Assembly: GCF_035594765.1 (NCBI RefSeq)
Contig: NC_085841.1
Location: forward strand, 210,498,155-210,562,154
DNA length: 64,000 nt
Direction: 5' to 3'
Source of the DNA: Anolis carolinensis
Lineage: Eukaryota
Positions 39,274-52,833 of this stretch are shown here, in pieces. Position 1 is the first letter of the stretch. Each line of letters starts with the position of its first letter. The notes under the pieces were generated by a model. The model had not been told where the DNA came from and made no database searches. It saw only the letters and a list, made by a program, of their open reading frames with translations. Both the position numbers and the translations under genes were made by a program.

Positions 39274-40184
39274 AAGGCACAAGAGGAGTGGAAAAGGAAG
39301 AACCAAGAAAACGTGGCACTGCATGCAGAAGGGTCAATGCACGTGAAGAGGAGGATACAGCGCTTAAAAGTGCCACCAAGGTTTGGCCTGGAATTTCCCC
39401 TTACCAGGCTGCCGAGACTTTCCTTTCCTTTCATGTCTGCTTGTATTGGGTGAGCATGAACACAGAAAGGAGCACTGTTCTGTGTATGATTGATGGCTCG
39501 TCACAGATGGTGGTTGCCAACGTGGCTTGGGCTGGGATGACGACTGTGAGGAAAAGCCATACTTATGGGCTGCCTGTCGCACTTCTTGTTTTGTTTTAAG
39601 ACTAGTATCTGTGTCCGGATTAAACAAAGAATCATCACGCCAGGGTAATTCCTCTGCAAGAACCATACCCATGTCAGAAAGTGAGGAGGTCCTCAGCCAG
39701 GCATGCCTGTGGATGGACGTAGCCATTGCAAAAAATCTACCTGCGGTATCTGCAGTATGCTTGGCCATGTCTTTTTGTGCTCTTGCTAGAAGAAGAGCCC
39801 CTTGTTGGTATATTCTAGGAAGAGCCTGCTCGTCTGGAGGTAGAAGATCAAGATAAGGAGTTAACTTCCTGATATGCCATGTAAGCGCCAATGTGGACCT
39901 TTTTTCCAAATGCTTCCATCTTCCAGCCAACCGTATCTGTTGGCGTAGAGTGGGTTTTCCGTGAGTCCACAACAGAATTTGGTTTAGGTGGTCTTGCCAC
40001 CCACTGTGTGTTGGAAAGTTCCACACGGTACATGGTGTCATAGCGGCAGCCTACAGCTGGTACTGTCCCGGGGGAAGGTCAGGTGATCTGGCCAGCTTGA
40101 TTAAGTAAGGAAGAGATGGCAAAGTTGATGGCAGTGGCACCTGCTCTCTTGTTGATCCAAAAGGAATAATGGATCTTATATCAC

Positions 40185-40594
40185 CAGGACCAGCCCGAGG
40201 AAATTCAAAGGGGTACGCAAATATTTTTTTGCGCCCCCTCCCCTGCGCTGCAGGAGGAGTGGCCAGGCGGGCAATGTGGGAGGCGGGGCCAGGTGTGGCC
40301 CCGCCTCCCGCAGGGTGTGCCCTGGTGCAGCCAAGCTGCGGCAGGAGTTCTTCCAGGCCGCAGCCTGAAAGGACTCCCGCTGCAGCGGGCGCGTGCCGTG
40401 GGAGGAGTGGCCGGTCCCGCCTCCCGCGGGGTGCGCCCTGGCCTGGCTGCGCCATGGCACGCCCCGGGGGAGGCGGGGCCAGACCTGGCCACGCCTCCGC
40501 GTCACATGGCCCCAGGAGTGGCCCCGCCTCCCAGGGGCTCAATAGCGCCCCTGGGAAGGGGGCGTGGCCAGCGTGCCGTGTTGGGCCGGGCCTG
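40185..40594. mobile_element. GC-rich hAT MITE inserted in DIRS gag
   Basis: TIRs CAGGACCAGCCCGA / TTGGGCCGGGCCTG and TSD TATATCAC/TATATTAC. Confidence 0.82.
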
Positions 40595-43500
40595 TATATT
40601 ACCCCTGGTGCCCTGGGTGCTGGCAAATCTAAAGCCCGTATAAGCTGAAGCATCAGGGCTGAAAAGAAGTATCTTCAGGCTGAGCAGGTTCGGTAGTGCC
40701 CTGGATGGCCTGGGACTTTGGTGAGGCTTGGGAAGAGTCTGAGGTAGCACCGGATTCATTATCCGAGACATGGCCTGATGCTGCAGGGGCCTGCACTGGT
40801 GGAGCTGAGGGAGTCAAAGGCTGTTGCTGGAAGGATGGCCAGGCATACTGAAAGGAATTATGTAGAAGACCAAAATAATACACTCTGCCCCCCAGAAAAT
40901 GATGAATACATTCTGAAGGCAGTGGTTGAATTCACTGCTGAGCCTTATCATCAAGATGCCCAGAAAGCACCTCCTGATAATGGTACCATGGAGGAGCATG
41001 AAACCTATTTGAAGGTAGGGCTCCTTGAATGTGAAGAATAGGAAGGTGCTTCTGGAGAGCCTGACCTGGAGCCATGGGCGAAGTGCCACCTCGATCCTGA
41101 TGAATGTGGAGATGGGAAATGATATCCTTGATCCTGATGGTCATCTACAGGCTCTGGTCGCGACAGGTCAAAATTGTCGGCCCGATGCCCCGCACTCACC
41201 ACCTGTAGTCTGGGCGTAGCAGGGATGGTCTTTGTTGGCGCCGGCGCCGAGGGGGCTGTCTCCACCATGGCGAGCAAGGCCACCCCCTCACGCTCACTTG
41301 CGTGGCCTTCCTCAAGGTGTGCGCCACTCAGCAGAAGTTGAAGACCCGACTTCCAGTCTGGGGTGGTTGGAAGAAGTGCCTTTCCATAGAGAAGGGCTTT
41401 CAAGCAGGCCTGCCGGTTTTTCCTAGCCTGGGAAGTAAGGCTGGGTGGAGTGGGACTCCCCAAGGCAAAGGAGACACATGGACCCAGCAGCACCCCCTGC
41501 AAGAGGTGCACTATTTAAAAAGTGCAATAGACATACCGGCTTGAGAGTAGTACAACAATTTGAGTCAGGGCCACCAGCAAACAAGAATGGTCAAACAGTC
41601 CAGGTCAGTACATGATAATATCAAAGGGTTTTAGAGAAAAACGTAGTCAAACAATCTGAGGTCTTTGCTGAATAAGAGAGAAGGGTTCCTAACGCTATTA
41701 ACTGTACAGGCGAAAAAAAAAAGAAATGGGGCTAAAACCCGCCCTCTGGGGAAGATGGGTGGGGCCATAGCCTTAAAGAGCTAGAGAGCTTGTTATAGGA
41801 TTCCGAGCTGTGATGCATGTGCGGGAATTGCTACCATATGTGCACTGATATCACAAAGGAGAAGTGTCAAGACTTTAGCAGACTCTCTTTTCAAACTGAA
41901 TGGACCATTTCAGACGAAGGCCAATTTGAATACACAGCAAATTGTCAGGAGAACTGTAATTAAGAAGTATTGCTGTGAAAAAATAAAATTCCTCCATGTG
42001 GGGAGAGGGGATGCATAAGCAATTATAAAGGAAACCAGAAAACAGGGAAGAATGAGCTGAGAAGCATCCATTATTGGTGCTTCACAGATGCTATTTGTTT
42101 TAATTTGATTTTTTTAATGTGGATTCTCTCCCCCCCTCCCCCAAATCACACTCATATAAACATACCCTACTCTTATCTCACATTATTCTTTTTATTCTGC
42201 ACTGCATTTTAATATTATATATTCCTCTTGGGAAATTACTTTGTTGGACTAGGATTCTCAGAATGACCTCTAAACATTTAGGTTTTTCCTCTAAGAACTT
42301 GGGAGACTCTTGAGCCACGTCTATAGTTCCATTTCAACACAAGCATGGCTATGACACTAAGGGACTCATCACACTAGAGCTTAAAAGTGCAGGCAAAGAG
42401 TATGCTATGCACCTCATCTGAAATTCCTGCAGAATTCTGGGGCTTGTAATTTAGTGAGACCCAGGACCCCTCTGGCTAAGCATTTTAAAGGTTCCTCCCC
42501 TAAACTACATGCACCAGAATTCTGCAGGAGGCAGTCACAGCAGTACAGATGCAATGCTGCTAACACATTTTAGAACATTTCCAACCCAACAAAACTGCCT
42601 TATGTCAGGTTAGACTGCTTGTCCAACTAGTCTAGAATCTTCTACACTAGAAGATACAACAGCAACAACTCTTTGGGTTTGTCCCATCATCTATTATTTG
42701 ATCCTTCTTAGACATGGCAGGGGTCAAATTTTAAGACTTTTTGCAAACAAAACATGTTCTGTCCCACTGAGCAACAATCCCTTCATGCCTTCTTTGCAGA
42801 AGTACACTTACAATGGGGTAGGCAAGGTGCACACTATGTCTTGTGAAGCATGGCACACATATTTTGCTACAAATATGTGGGGCAGGAGAATTAGCTCCCT
42901 ATGCAGACACAACCCTGAAACTCCACATTGAGTCATAAAAAGTAATTGGGTCGAATTCACTAGGTGTAATGACATGGAATGATTACATTTGATCACAGCC
43001 ATTGCTAGGTTAACTGGTGATGAAGCAGGTTCACCTACCATAGGTATACATGAAATAGAAATAAAATGCCCTAAGGGACACTGATGATTCAAATGGGAGA
43101 TTTTGCTGGACAGCTAAAATAGAAATGCTTCCATGACAGAAAGTGTTTGGGAGCCGTGAAGATGACTCCAAGACAATTAGGAACATTATTGCCTAAAAAT
43201 GCACTTGCCATTATTATGAAGATGGGGCATAATCCACTGCAACCCTTAGAAGTCTTCTTAGGTATGTATGGATGATTATGATGGTTAACTTGACCTATTT
43301 TTAATGTAGATTTATAGAGATAGAACAAAAACCCAAAGTCCAATGTTTTCCTCACCAGTACTTTGCCTAGATTGAGACAAAACAGAAATAGCACATAATT
43401 GGAGCTATTTTGTCTGGGCTAGCTCTAAAAAAAATCAAAATTAAAATACCACTTTGGTCTAAAACAAAAAAAAAATGTGGTTGGACCTATGCCTCTCAGA

Positions 43501-43617
43501 ACAAGGAAATTCAGACCACAGATCAATTATCCTCTCTACAAGCTAATTCAAGGTATCATTCATAAGTAGGCCCCTAGAGAGTGTTGGTGTGATGCTCAAG
43601 GTTTTCCATGAGAAAAA

Positions 43618-44087
43618 TTTATTTATTTATTTACAGTATTTATATTCCGCCCTTCTCACCCCGAAGGGGACTCAGGGCGGATTACAATGAACACATATAT
43701 GGCAAACATTCAATGCCAACTGAAAACAACATATATAGACAGACACAGAGGCATTTAACATTTTTTTTCCAGCTTCACGATTCTGGCCACAGGGGGAGCT
43801 GTTGCTTCACTGTCCACTAGTGGCTGTACTTCCTCATTCTTTTCCTCATGTTTTGCTGGCAGTTTTATGATGTTGTAAATTAATTAAATTAGCCTCCCGC
43901 ATAAAGCGTACCTAAATTTCCCTACTTGATAGATGCAACTGTCTTTCGGGGCTGCATAGGTCAACAGCAAGCCGGGCTATTTAATGGTCGGGGGCTTAAT
44001 CCGACCCGGGCTTCGAACTCATGACCTCTCGGTCAGTAGTGATTTATTGCAGCTGGTTACTAGCCAGCTGCGCCACAGCCCGGCCCC
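43618..44087 (-). mobile_element. Full-length tRNA-derived SINE with L2-like tail
   Basis: GGGCCGGGCTGTGGCGCAGCTGG head, GAGTTCGAAGCC B-box and (TAAA)n tail. Highly similar to 56044-56522. Confidence 0.93.
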
Positions 44088-45800
44088 ATGACTAGAAGCC
44101 CATGATTAGAAGCATTTTCCATAAGCTAGCCCTATCCAGAAAAGGTGTTATAAAACCATTACAGAATTGTCATTCTGTATTGTTTATATGGGTAAAAAGG
44201 CAAGAGTAGAGTTTTCGGGCTTTAAGAAGATTACAGAATTGGAAAGAACTGCAGCATCTATAAATAAAAGCTGTAATAAAAGTTTGTTCAAAAGGGGAAT
44301 AATACAGCATTTGCCATTCTTTTTGTGAGGCACATAGCATAGGAAACTATCATCAACCATAAAGAAACAGTGGCTAAGGCAACCATATAAAAATATAGCA
44401 GACATGCAATGAAGCACTTGCCTCATCCATTGTGGGAAAAATCTTCAGGTCACTTTGTCACCAAGGTCAAAGAGTCATAGTTTTCCTCTGTTCTTTCCAT
44501 ACCACTCCTATCTGAGACACTGAGAGAATATAAAATGTGGGCAGTCACAAGACAACACAGCTAATAAGCTCTGGGGTAGAAGCAATGCTAATTGTGGGTT
44601 TCTGAGAACTAGACTTAAGAAAAAAAACATTTCTAAATTCTACACCAGAGCTAAGCTAAGCTTGCTCTTTCACCCTTATTCACACACAGAGAGAATATAT
44701 CCCAACCAGATTCCTCTTTGATTTAGAGTAGAAAACAGCTGAGAGATACGAAAGCCATTCCCTTAACACTGAGCTGTGGATGAACATTGGTGGTGCAGCA
44801 CCAAGGCTATTTTGTTGCTCAGGTTATTTTCCTTTAGAGTGAAGAATGTACTTCAGAGAGAAAGGAACTCTGTGGAAGGATGGAGAGTTCAGGCAACTGA
44901 GCAAGAGATCCCAGAAATTAATGTTTTCTGGGCTACATGAAGGTAGCCATCACTATTTCAACTAAAATACTATTTGCTTTCGCAATCAAAGTAGCAGGTT
45001 TTGTTGACATATGTAGTTACCAGGTTATAAGTGGCTGAAGAACTTGGATGCTTGGAAAGGAGAGGTGTCCATACCACATTCTATTTTTTCAGCTATTAAG
45101 AATTTAAGCTACATCATATTGATACAAGTATGGAAAGTTATTTGGCTAAATTCAACAACTTGGGCCTTTGTATTCAACAGGTAGGCAATTAATCATCCCT
45201 TCCACATGCTTTTCATAGTACCCTGTTCTGTGAACCTTTTCTGTTCAAACAGGTGGGTGAGGAACGGAGAGAAGTATGTGAGCAATACAGTGTCGTCAAC
45301 ATGTATTTGATATGAATGCACCCTCTTCTGTTTTCCTTTGCAGAATAAGCCTCTCTCTTCTTTGTTGGAAGGAGGCTGGGGCTTGCATGAGGGAGAATCC
45401 ATTAGCACTCAGTTCCAACAATGTAAAACTAATTTTGGCACACAGGAAATCGGAAAGGGTCACGGGGCAGGTTGCTGCCGCCACGAGAAAGGGCTTTGTC
45501 AATGAGGGCGTGTTTCTAGACTGCTCACAGAATCTCTCAGTAGGTCTACACCTGCTTTTTTCCACAATTTGCCACAGAATGTAGCAAGAGTTTGTGCCAT
45601 TGTTACTGGCCAGCCTCTTCTTCCAGTTGGATCTCTTCTAATTGGAGTCTGGGAAAATTATTTTTGTGAAATACAACTCTGTCTGGGAGATTTGAGGGGC
45701 GATAATCCAAACAAGTAACTTTCCCAAGCCCTATTTTTGCCATTTGTAATTCAATTTTACAGAAAAACACAAATACAGGTAACAACAATGCCTATACATA

Positions 45801-45880
45801 CATAGAATTTTATTGAGTTGGAAGAGACCACAAGGGCCATCCAGTCCACCCCCCCTCCCAATGTAGAAAAACACAAGCAA
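45801..45880 (-). mobile_element. CR1 3' terminal fragment
   Basis: CATAGAAT...GAGTTGGAAGAGACCACAAGGGCCATCCAGTCC. A similar fragment lies at about 58835-58900. Confidence 0.7.
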
Positions 45881-46229
45881 AGCATAAATATAAATATACC
45901 GTACTTGAACAACAATTACATAGCTAACTAACTACACAACTTCTTTCGCCCAAAGCCCTGTTTTTGAATACTAGCACAAACTTGTCCAGGTGCCTTGGAT
46001 CTCACTTTGAGAGAAATCTGGCATATAACTCAATATATAAATTAAATAAAGAACAGCCAGCTGTAACTAACTGTGGCAGCTAAAAAAGAAACTGTATTGA
46101 GAATACCTTATGGTAGAGACAACATGTGAAAATAACTCACACAATGAGCTGCTTTGAATAAACCTTCACCCAAAACAGAACACTGGACTAAGAGGACTTT
46201 ATATTTTACAAAAGCAATTTTTCTGTTAT

Positions 46230-46525
46230 ATAGTGTGTCCTCTGTAACCACTGAGGTTTGATTCCACGACCCCTTGTGGAGACCAATATTAATGGAAACT
46301 TTAGTCCTATTATATACAATGGTGGTCTTACATAAAATAACAACCCAAAGTAGTGTCAGAGAGAACCCGAGGATTGGTAAAATGGTGGGAGACTCAAGCA
46401 GATGATTCTTACACAATGGCAAAAATCAAGGCTTGCTTTTGGGATCCCATCCCATCAGATATTTTCAAGCTTTGGTTGGTTGAATCAATTGATGCAGAAC
46501 CTATAGATATAAAGGACCAGCTGTG
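46230..46525. mobile_element. Degraded Tigger-like MITE
   Basis: TTCCACGACCCCTTGTGGA...TGGTTGAATC..GATGCAGAACC..GATATAAAGG motifs typical of this MITE class. Confidence 0.55.
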
Positions 46526-46673
46526 TGTATATTTCAACCTATTTTTCTATTCCTATCAATTCATAGTAAATGTCTTTCTCCTCTCACTCTCCTGTGTCTG
46601 TTCCTCTGATAATGACCAACCCAAGCTATTCTATAAACTAAAGAAACATTTCTGTCCCTTTCATTTATAATTA

Positions 46674-47346
46674 CAATAGTTTCAGTTATTTGACAGTCCG
46701 TATTATCCGACGTGCCAGCTGCGTGGCCCAGGGTGCTTGCTGGAGGAACGAGATGCGGCTGGTGCAGACTTTTCCCTCCCTACAAGCACCCAGTGCTTGG
46801 AAAGGCCCGCTGTACATTGCTAGGCAGCAACATGCAGCGGGCTTCGCCAAGTCAGTTGCTTGCCCGGAGGCAAGCCCAAAGAAGCCATATTACATCAGTT
46901 TTAATGTTTCCAATTTAAATTCAAGGTGCTTGAAATGACATTTAAGCTCAAGCATCTGGCACTTTGGAAAAGCCTGCTGCATATTGCTAGGCAGCAACAC
47001 GTAGTGGGCTTCTCTAAGCCGGTTGCTTGCCGGAGGGACGAAACTTTTCCCTCCGGCAAGCACCCGGCACTTTGGAGAAGTCTGCTGCATGTTGCTAGGC
47101 AGCCCACTAGTTTGTCTAAGCTGGTTGCTTGCCCAGAGGGAAAAATCTCTTCCCTCCCAGCCAAGCACCCTGCTTGGAAAAGCCCCCTGTGTGTTGCGGC
47201 GAGCCTTTCCAAGCCGGTTGCTTGCCAGGAGGGAGGAGACTTTTCCTGGCTTGCCAGGAAGGATAATAGGACCTCCCTGTTATCCACAGTTTTGGTTATC
47301 CAACATTCGGCCCACCCGTTTATGTCAGATAACTGGAACTCTACTG
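46674..47346. mobile_element. Mariner-type MITE with internal tandem repeats
   Basis: Inverted ends CAATAGTTTCAGTTATTTGAC / GTCAGATAACTGGAACTCTACTG with TA flanks. Repeated TGCTAGGCAGC..AAGCCGGTTGCTTGCC units. Confidence 0.75.
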
Positions 47347-47899
47347 TACTACTGCATGTATGACTAAACTATTGTAAAATTCCTTGAAAAACAAAAAAAG
47401 CAAATACACATGCCCCTGCAAAAACAACAACCAAAAATCCAGCAACATCTCATCCCAAGTAACATCCCATATTCTTTTTTTTAAAAATGAATATTTACAG
47501 GGAAAAATATATATAAAACTTCAACAGACACTTAACCAAACCAAACCAAATGAAAAGATGAACCATTTGACTGACTGCATGCCTAACTATGCTGGAGAGG
47601 GCAGGTGTGATGTCTGCATTCTGTCTTGCAATCCTAGATACATCCACTGAACTTCCATAAGCATAAGCACCATTAAAACACCATAAGAAGTACAACTCTA
47701 TTTGGAGAGTGGGCAGGGCTTTCTAGAAAATTCCGTCTCTAACTGCGCAGGTGAAGAAAATTCCATATGTGCGATTTCACAGAGACTATTAAGAAGAAAT
47801 CAAATTTCCACAAATGTGTCATTTTAAAAAGTTGTCTAATTTTGTAAGTCACGTTTTCAGATAGCCCCCAGTCCCAAATTCCGTTTTACCAATAATCTA

Positions 47900-48300
47900 T
47901 TTATAGTTCCAAACTTTTTTTCCATTTTGCTGATCTTGTCTAGCTGCATAGAAGAAAATTTTAATGACATCTTAAGGCAAAGCTTCAGAGCTTAAACTAG
48001 TAAGAATATTTATCAGAGCAAAGTCTGGGTAGTTAAATGACATGTTTTTTTTCTTGTATGGAGTTCAAAGTTTCTTGGTCACCTGTTGGGTCAGTTCTTT
48101 CATCATATTAGAAATGTAGTACAGGTAGAAATGTAGTACAAATGTTTTTGCAAGCAACAGTCCTCCTGAGCTTCTTGAAGTCTTTCTTCAATTGTTTCAA
48201 GATGATTCCCTCACAGATCAATCAGTGAACACAGATATTTTCTCAGGCAGCAAATTTTAACTCCTTATCTGGGTGATAAAATACAGTGTACAGAATGATG
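47900..48300 (-). mobile_element. Possible degraded L1 ORF2 3' fragment
   Basis: Broken translation includes IKIFFYAAR..SKMEK, resembling the L1 C-terminal AAR..IA..WK motif. Confidence 0.35.
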
Positions 48301-48338
48301 TAAGTCAAAGAATAATGCAGGATGCCCAATGTCTATAC

Positions 48339-48620
48339 CAGGGGTCCTCAAACTTTTTAAGCCGAGGGCCGGTCCACAATCCTTCGGACTGTTGAGGGGC
48401 CGGATTATCATTTGAAAAAAAAAATACAAACAAATTCCGATGCACACTGCATATGTCTTATTCGTAGTGCAAAAACAACAACAACAACAACAGCAAGAAC
48501 AATGAAAGAACAATACAATATTTAAAAATAAAAACAATTTTAACCAACATACATTTATCAGGATTTCAATGGGAAGTGTGGTCCTGCTTCTGGCCAATGA
48601 GATAGTCAAGTTAATTAGGG

Positions 48621-48663
<43 letters not shown>

Positions 48664-49094
48664 GTGCCTTCAAGTCATTTCAGACTTTGGGTGAGCCTAA
48701 GTCTAAAATTTATTTATTATTTATTTACTGCATTTATTTACTACATTTGTATCACACCCTTCTCACCCCAAAGGGGACTCAGAGTGGCTTACAAATTATA
48801 TGTACATAGAATACATTATATTATTAGCATAGCACAATATTAGTATTATATATTACTATATTGAACTATACCACTATACTGTAATATTATTAGTTATATT
48901 ATATGTTATATAGAATATATAATTAATATTATTATATGGTATTATTATTAGTGTTATATTGTATTACATTATAATATTATTATCAAGATTATATGTATAT
49001 ACAGTATATTATATTATAAAACTGAGGGCGGGGGCCAGGTAAATGACCTCGGAGGGCCGCATCCGGCCCCCGGGCCTTAGTTTGGGGACCCCTG
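48339..49094. mobile_element. Composite non-autonomous hAT element related to 3080-5529, opposite orientation
   Basis: CAGGGGTCC TIRs and perfect TSD GTCTATAC. Internal SINE tails and microsatellites. Confidence 0.92.
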
Positions 49095-49163
49095 GTCTAT
49101 ACGATAGCTCCAAACAATAAAGGTTAATTTGAGGGAAGAATATTCCATTGCATCTATTCTTTG

Positions 49164-49226
49164 TGTTGTTGAAAGCTTTCATGGCCGGAATCACAGGAAT
49201 CACAGCCCGGAAAACACACAACAATC
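49164..49226 (+). mobile_element. Minimal (about 63 bp) Penelope insertion
   Basis: Inverted LTR tip joined to the direct 3' end, with 13-bp TSD CATCTATTCTTTG. Confidence 0.85.
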
Positions 49227-49799
49227 CATCTATTCTTTGCTTGGCTTCTGGTAAAAGGTTCTACTTAAAATAGAGATCTCCTAACAATTCTCTCTCAACC
49301 AAGGTTTTTCCTTCCAAAATTGGAAGGAGCTGCCTTTGCTGGAAATAATCATGGTATTTGTTACTCTTTGGCACAAACAATCTTCCTCTTCACTATTCTC
49401 CAGTACATTAAGTTGATTGATACCATAGACATCATTACTTTTAAAGATGCCAGTTATTAGAATGCTTTTTGTAAGACAAGTAGATAATTTTCTGATAAAA
49501 TAATAGGGATTTAAAATGTAAAGTTCAAATTGGGCACAACTGTCATTTTAACTGTAGCAATGCATTCCCACCATAAGATTAGTTTTCTCAAGCTCTGAAA
49601 ATGTTACTTAACAAGGGGCATAATTCTCCTATATCTGAAATTTTGAAGTTTGTCAATATTTTCAGAATATAGACTATTAAACATTTAAATAAGAGTATGC
49701 TAGCATTCTGTCCAGTAAGTATTTTGAGAAGCTTTCTGTCTTTTGCAAAAAGCCCAGTACATTGTACTTCATATTTATTATAGATGAATTCTAATCCCG

Positions 49800-49895
49800 T
49801 CACGCTTCAGTTCATCCATGTGCTTCAAGAAGGACACTGACAAGCTGGAACATTTCCAGAGACGGGCAACCAAAATGGTCAAAGGTCTGGAATCT
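49800..49895 (+). mobile_element. CR1 ORF2 fragment
   Basis: FKKDTDKLEHFQRRATKMVKGLE motif. Confidence 0.8.
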
Positions 49896-50169
49896 AAGGG
49901 CCCTTCCAGACAAGGCCCTATATCTGATCTGTTTTACTTCTGCATTTGATCTAACACAGAGAGAGAGAGCAACTTTGGAAAACATTGTCAAACACCAATA
50001 AGGATAAATATCTGCTGTTTTTCACATGACATGACAGTGTGAAAAGACCTGACAGCTGCACTTTTTGGTAATGACAATGCCTAAAGAAGTTATTAGGCAA
50101 TTTCTGTTTAATTTCCACATGACCAATTTAGCATCTGATGCAAGTTCTTTGGATTGTTTATTTCATTTT

Positions 50170-50704
50170 TATGGAAACAGATTCAAATGCTGAGATATGC
50201 TGATGGCATTATCTTCTTATTTGCTACTAAGATAGGACTGAGGAAGCTTCACAAATGTGACAACCTTTGCAGTTGGGACAATCTGCTTATACACTATTCT
50301 AAAAGAAAGGTGCTTCTCCAAGATGAAGCACTTTGAAAAATGTTGTTTAGACAAACACCTGATAGAGCAAAGTATCAGTTTTAAATATCTGGGGATACAT
50401 TTTCCTTTAATGGAAACTTAAATATTCGCATAGACGCAGTCAGATATCTAGTTTGAAGAACAGGAAAAATAAATATCATTTGGGATTGTGGTAAAGAGAT
50501 TTTCCTTGATAGGACCATTCAGAAAATGTTATAATTAAAGCACCTCCACCTCAATTCTATATAGTATCAACATATGGAGATGGGGCCAATAATATAACAA
50601 TTGACAGTATGTAGAGCAGATATCTGAAGGAGTTACTGGCACTTCTCCGTGGGGTAACCTCCTAACTGGGAAGGCTGGAAACTGGTATTACTTCTGTCAA
50701 AGCA

Positions 50705-50742
<38 letters not shown>

Positions 50743-51100
50743 TATGGAAAAAAGACTGATGAGTGTGGAACAGAGTAATTTAGTGAATGTCTCACTGAAT
50801 AACCTACATGGGACAGAATTATCAGTGATCAATATTGTCATAAACTTATTTTGGGGATGTTCAGATCTGTTTAATTTATACAGACAATTTTATTTTTAGA
50901 GACAGATTTTTTCCAGACGGATTCTTATGAAATTGTACTTGGCAGCCAACTTCAAGTATTTGTCATGTGGTTTAGCTTTTTAAAAGGAACAATATTTTCA
51001 ACAGTACTGCAGCAAGAAAGAATTTAAACTTACACAGAGTAACAATCTAATTTAGATTCAAAGTTATCTATGTTGGTGATTTTTCTGATAAGAGGTTAGT
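50170..51100 (+). mobile_element. Old degraded RTE-X-like LINE
   Basis: YADGIIFL..IGLRKL and FKYLGIHF, colinear with the element at 9575. The 3' boundary is uncertain. Confidence 0.65.
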
Positions 51101-52204
51101 AGCAGAAAATCTTAGAAGGTAGGTACTAAGGGTGATATAGCAATAATCTATATCTTTATTCTGTTTAACTTTTGGTATTTCTTAAATGTCTCAAGTGAAT
51201 GGGCTCAGAGCAGTATAATCTTCTAAACGAAGTTCCTTAATACAATTTATGGCTAGAACCTAGTTTACTACTTTGGTAAACTTTATTTTCCTGGCTCTAG
51301 GAACAAGCTAATTTTCTCCTCCCTTTGCCTTGGTCTCTGAATGTGTGTCTGACACAGGTTTAGGAAGAAAAAAAAAAGGTTTACGCCAAGGGATTTAAGA
51401 ATACTTTCCTTGACAACAGGAAGGTGCTAAATGACTTTTGCCAACTAGAAATATGCATATATCCACCTTTATATCATATCATCCTGTAATAGTTTTCTTC
51501 AAGATCTGTGCTTTGCTTTTGCCTTCTTCTGAGACCGAGAGAGTGCGACATAAAATACTATTTAATATTTGTATAGAATTTTCATCCTCAAAGAGCTTTA
51601 CTAATTAACTTGCCAAATAAGTAGGTAACATTTTCCTAACTGCAGGCTAAGCGTTTTGGTTTGTTGCATATGTTTCATAGCAAAAGTCCCTTAGATCTCT
51701 CTGGTTCCTGAATTCTTGAACTCCTTAACTTGTTCTTGCCTTCTTCTGCAGTTGAGAGTGTGTGCCTTGCTCAACATATAGCCCATGGCTGAGTGAAAAT
51801 TTGAACGCAGAGCCAACACTCAAACCACTCCACCATGCAGGCTCTCTCTTTAAAATTAGCTACAAGTTGAGTACTAGAAAACACACAAGCATTATCACCT
51901 TGCACTGCATCAGAATAAGTAGATTTATATCCACAAAAGTTCATGTGAAAATAAAAAAGTCCTAAAAGTGCTACCACATTTCTTTTACTTCTTTGCCCAC
52001 TCCATTCCTTCTTTGATCTTGAATGTTAAAACATCTATGTCATTGTGAGGATAACCTCATTCCAAGAGTCAGAAAGTTACTGTCCAGTCTTATGACTTAG
52101 CCTTGTTTACAGCCTCTGATTTAGTGATAAGCATGCCAAACTCAGGCTATGATATAGAAGCCTCTAGTTACAAGGTAAACATGTACACAAACATCTTTGG
52201 TTGT

Positions 52205-52435
52205 TGATTGTTGCTGTGGTGTGCCTTCCTGTCATTTCCTACTTATGGTGATTCTAAGGCAAACATCATGGGGTTTCTTGGAAAGATTTGTTCAGAGCAA
52301 GTTTGTCTTTGCCTTCAGGGGAGGCTGAGAGAGTATGACTTACCCAAGATATTACTGAGTGGGTTTCCATAGCTGAGTGGGAATTTGAACCCTAGTCTCC
52401 AGAGTCCTAGATCAATGCTCAAACCATTACACCGT
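52205..52435 (-). mobile_element. CORE/MIR-like SINE
   Basis: GGCTGAGAGAGTATGACTTACCCAAG...GAATTTGAACCC..TCTCCAGAGTCC reads as a CORE domain and tRNA head in reverse. Confidence 0.75.
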
Positions 52436-52833
52436 GATTACTCTTTCTTTAAAGGTAGCTCCATGTTTTATATCAGAAAGCACTTGTGAATCCCATCCCC
52501 AAATCCATAAGGGGTACATTCCAAGACTTTGTGTGAATACTCGAAATAGTGACTAATAGTATTAAATACAACAGAGTCATGCTGGAGGACTTAGAAAATG
52601 CCTTGAAGGAATGTACCACCCTGAGTCCCCTGATGGGTGAGAAGGGCGGGGTAGAAGTGATGTAATAAATGTATTTGGTTGAACGTGGATAAATGAAACT
52701 GTAGGTATCAGTCCTACAGATACAGAGATGGTACTGTATATAAAGAGTTTGCAGACCAGTGAACAGTGTTCTTTTCTAGAGTAGGAAAAAATATTGAAAA
52801 GTTCTTTGCATATAAGTTCCTCTTCCAGTCCAA

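Larger units (their letters stand above)
37508..41863 (-). mobile_element. DIRS1-like tyrosine-recombinase retrotransposon, rearranged and non-coding
   Basis: ITRs at about 37560-37670 and 41735-41850 and an ICR at about 37755-37846 complementary to both termini. Remnants of gag (41535-39364), RT (PILDLRGLN, IDLKDTYFH) and YR (KTAFLITIMSTRRTS, FLPK, HSIWA..S). TTC at both ends. Confidence 0.93.

Noticed and set aside
40051-40653. 200-aa Pro/Gly/Ala-rich ORF
   Set aside because: Read-through of a GC-rich MITE inserted in DIRS gag.
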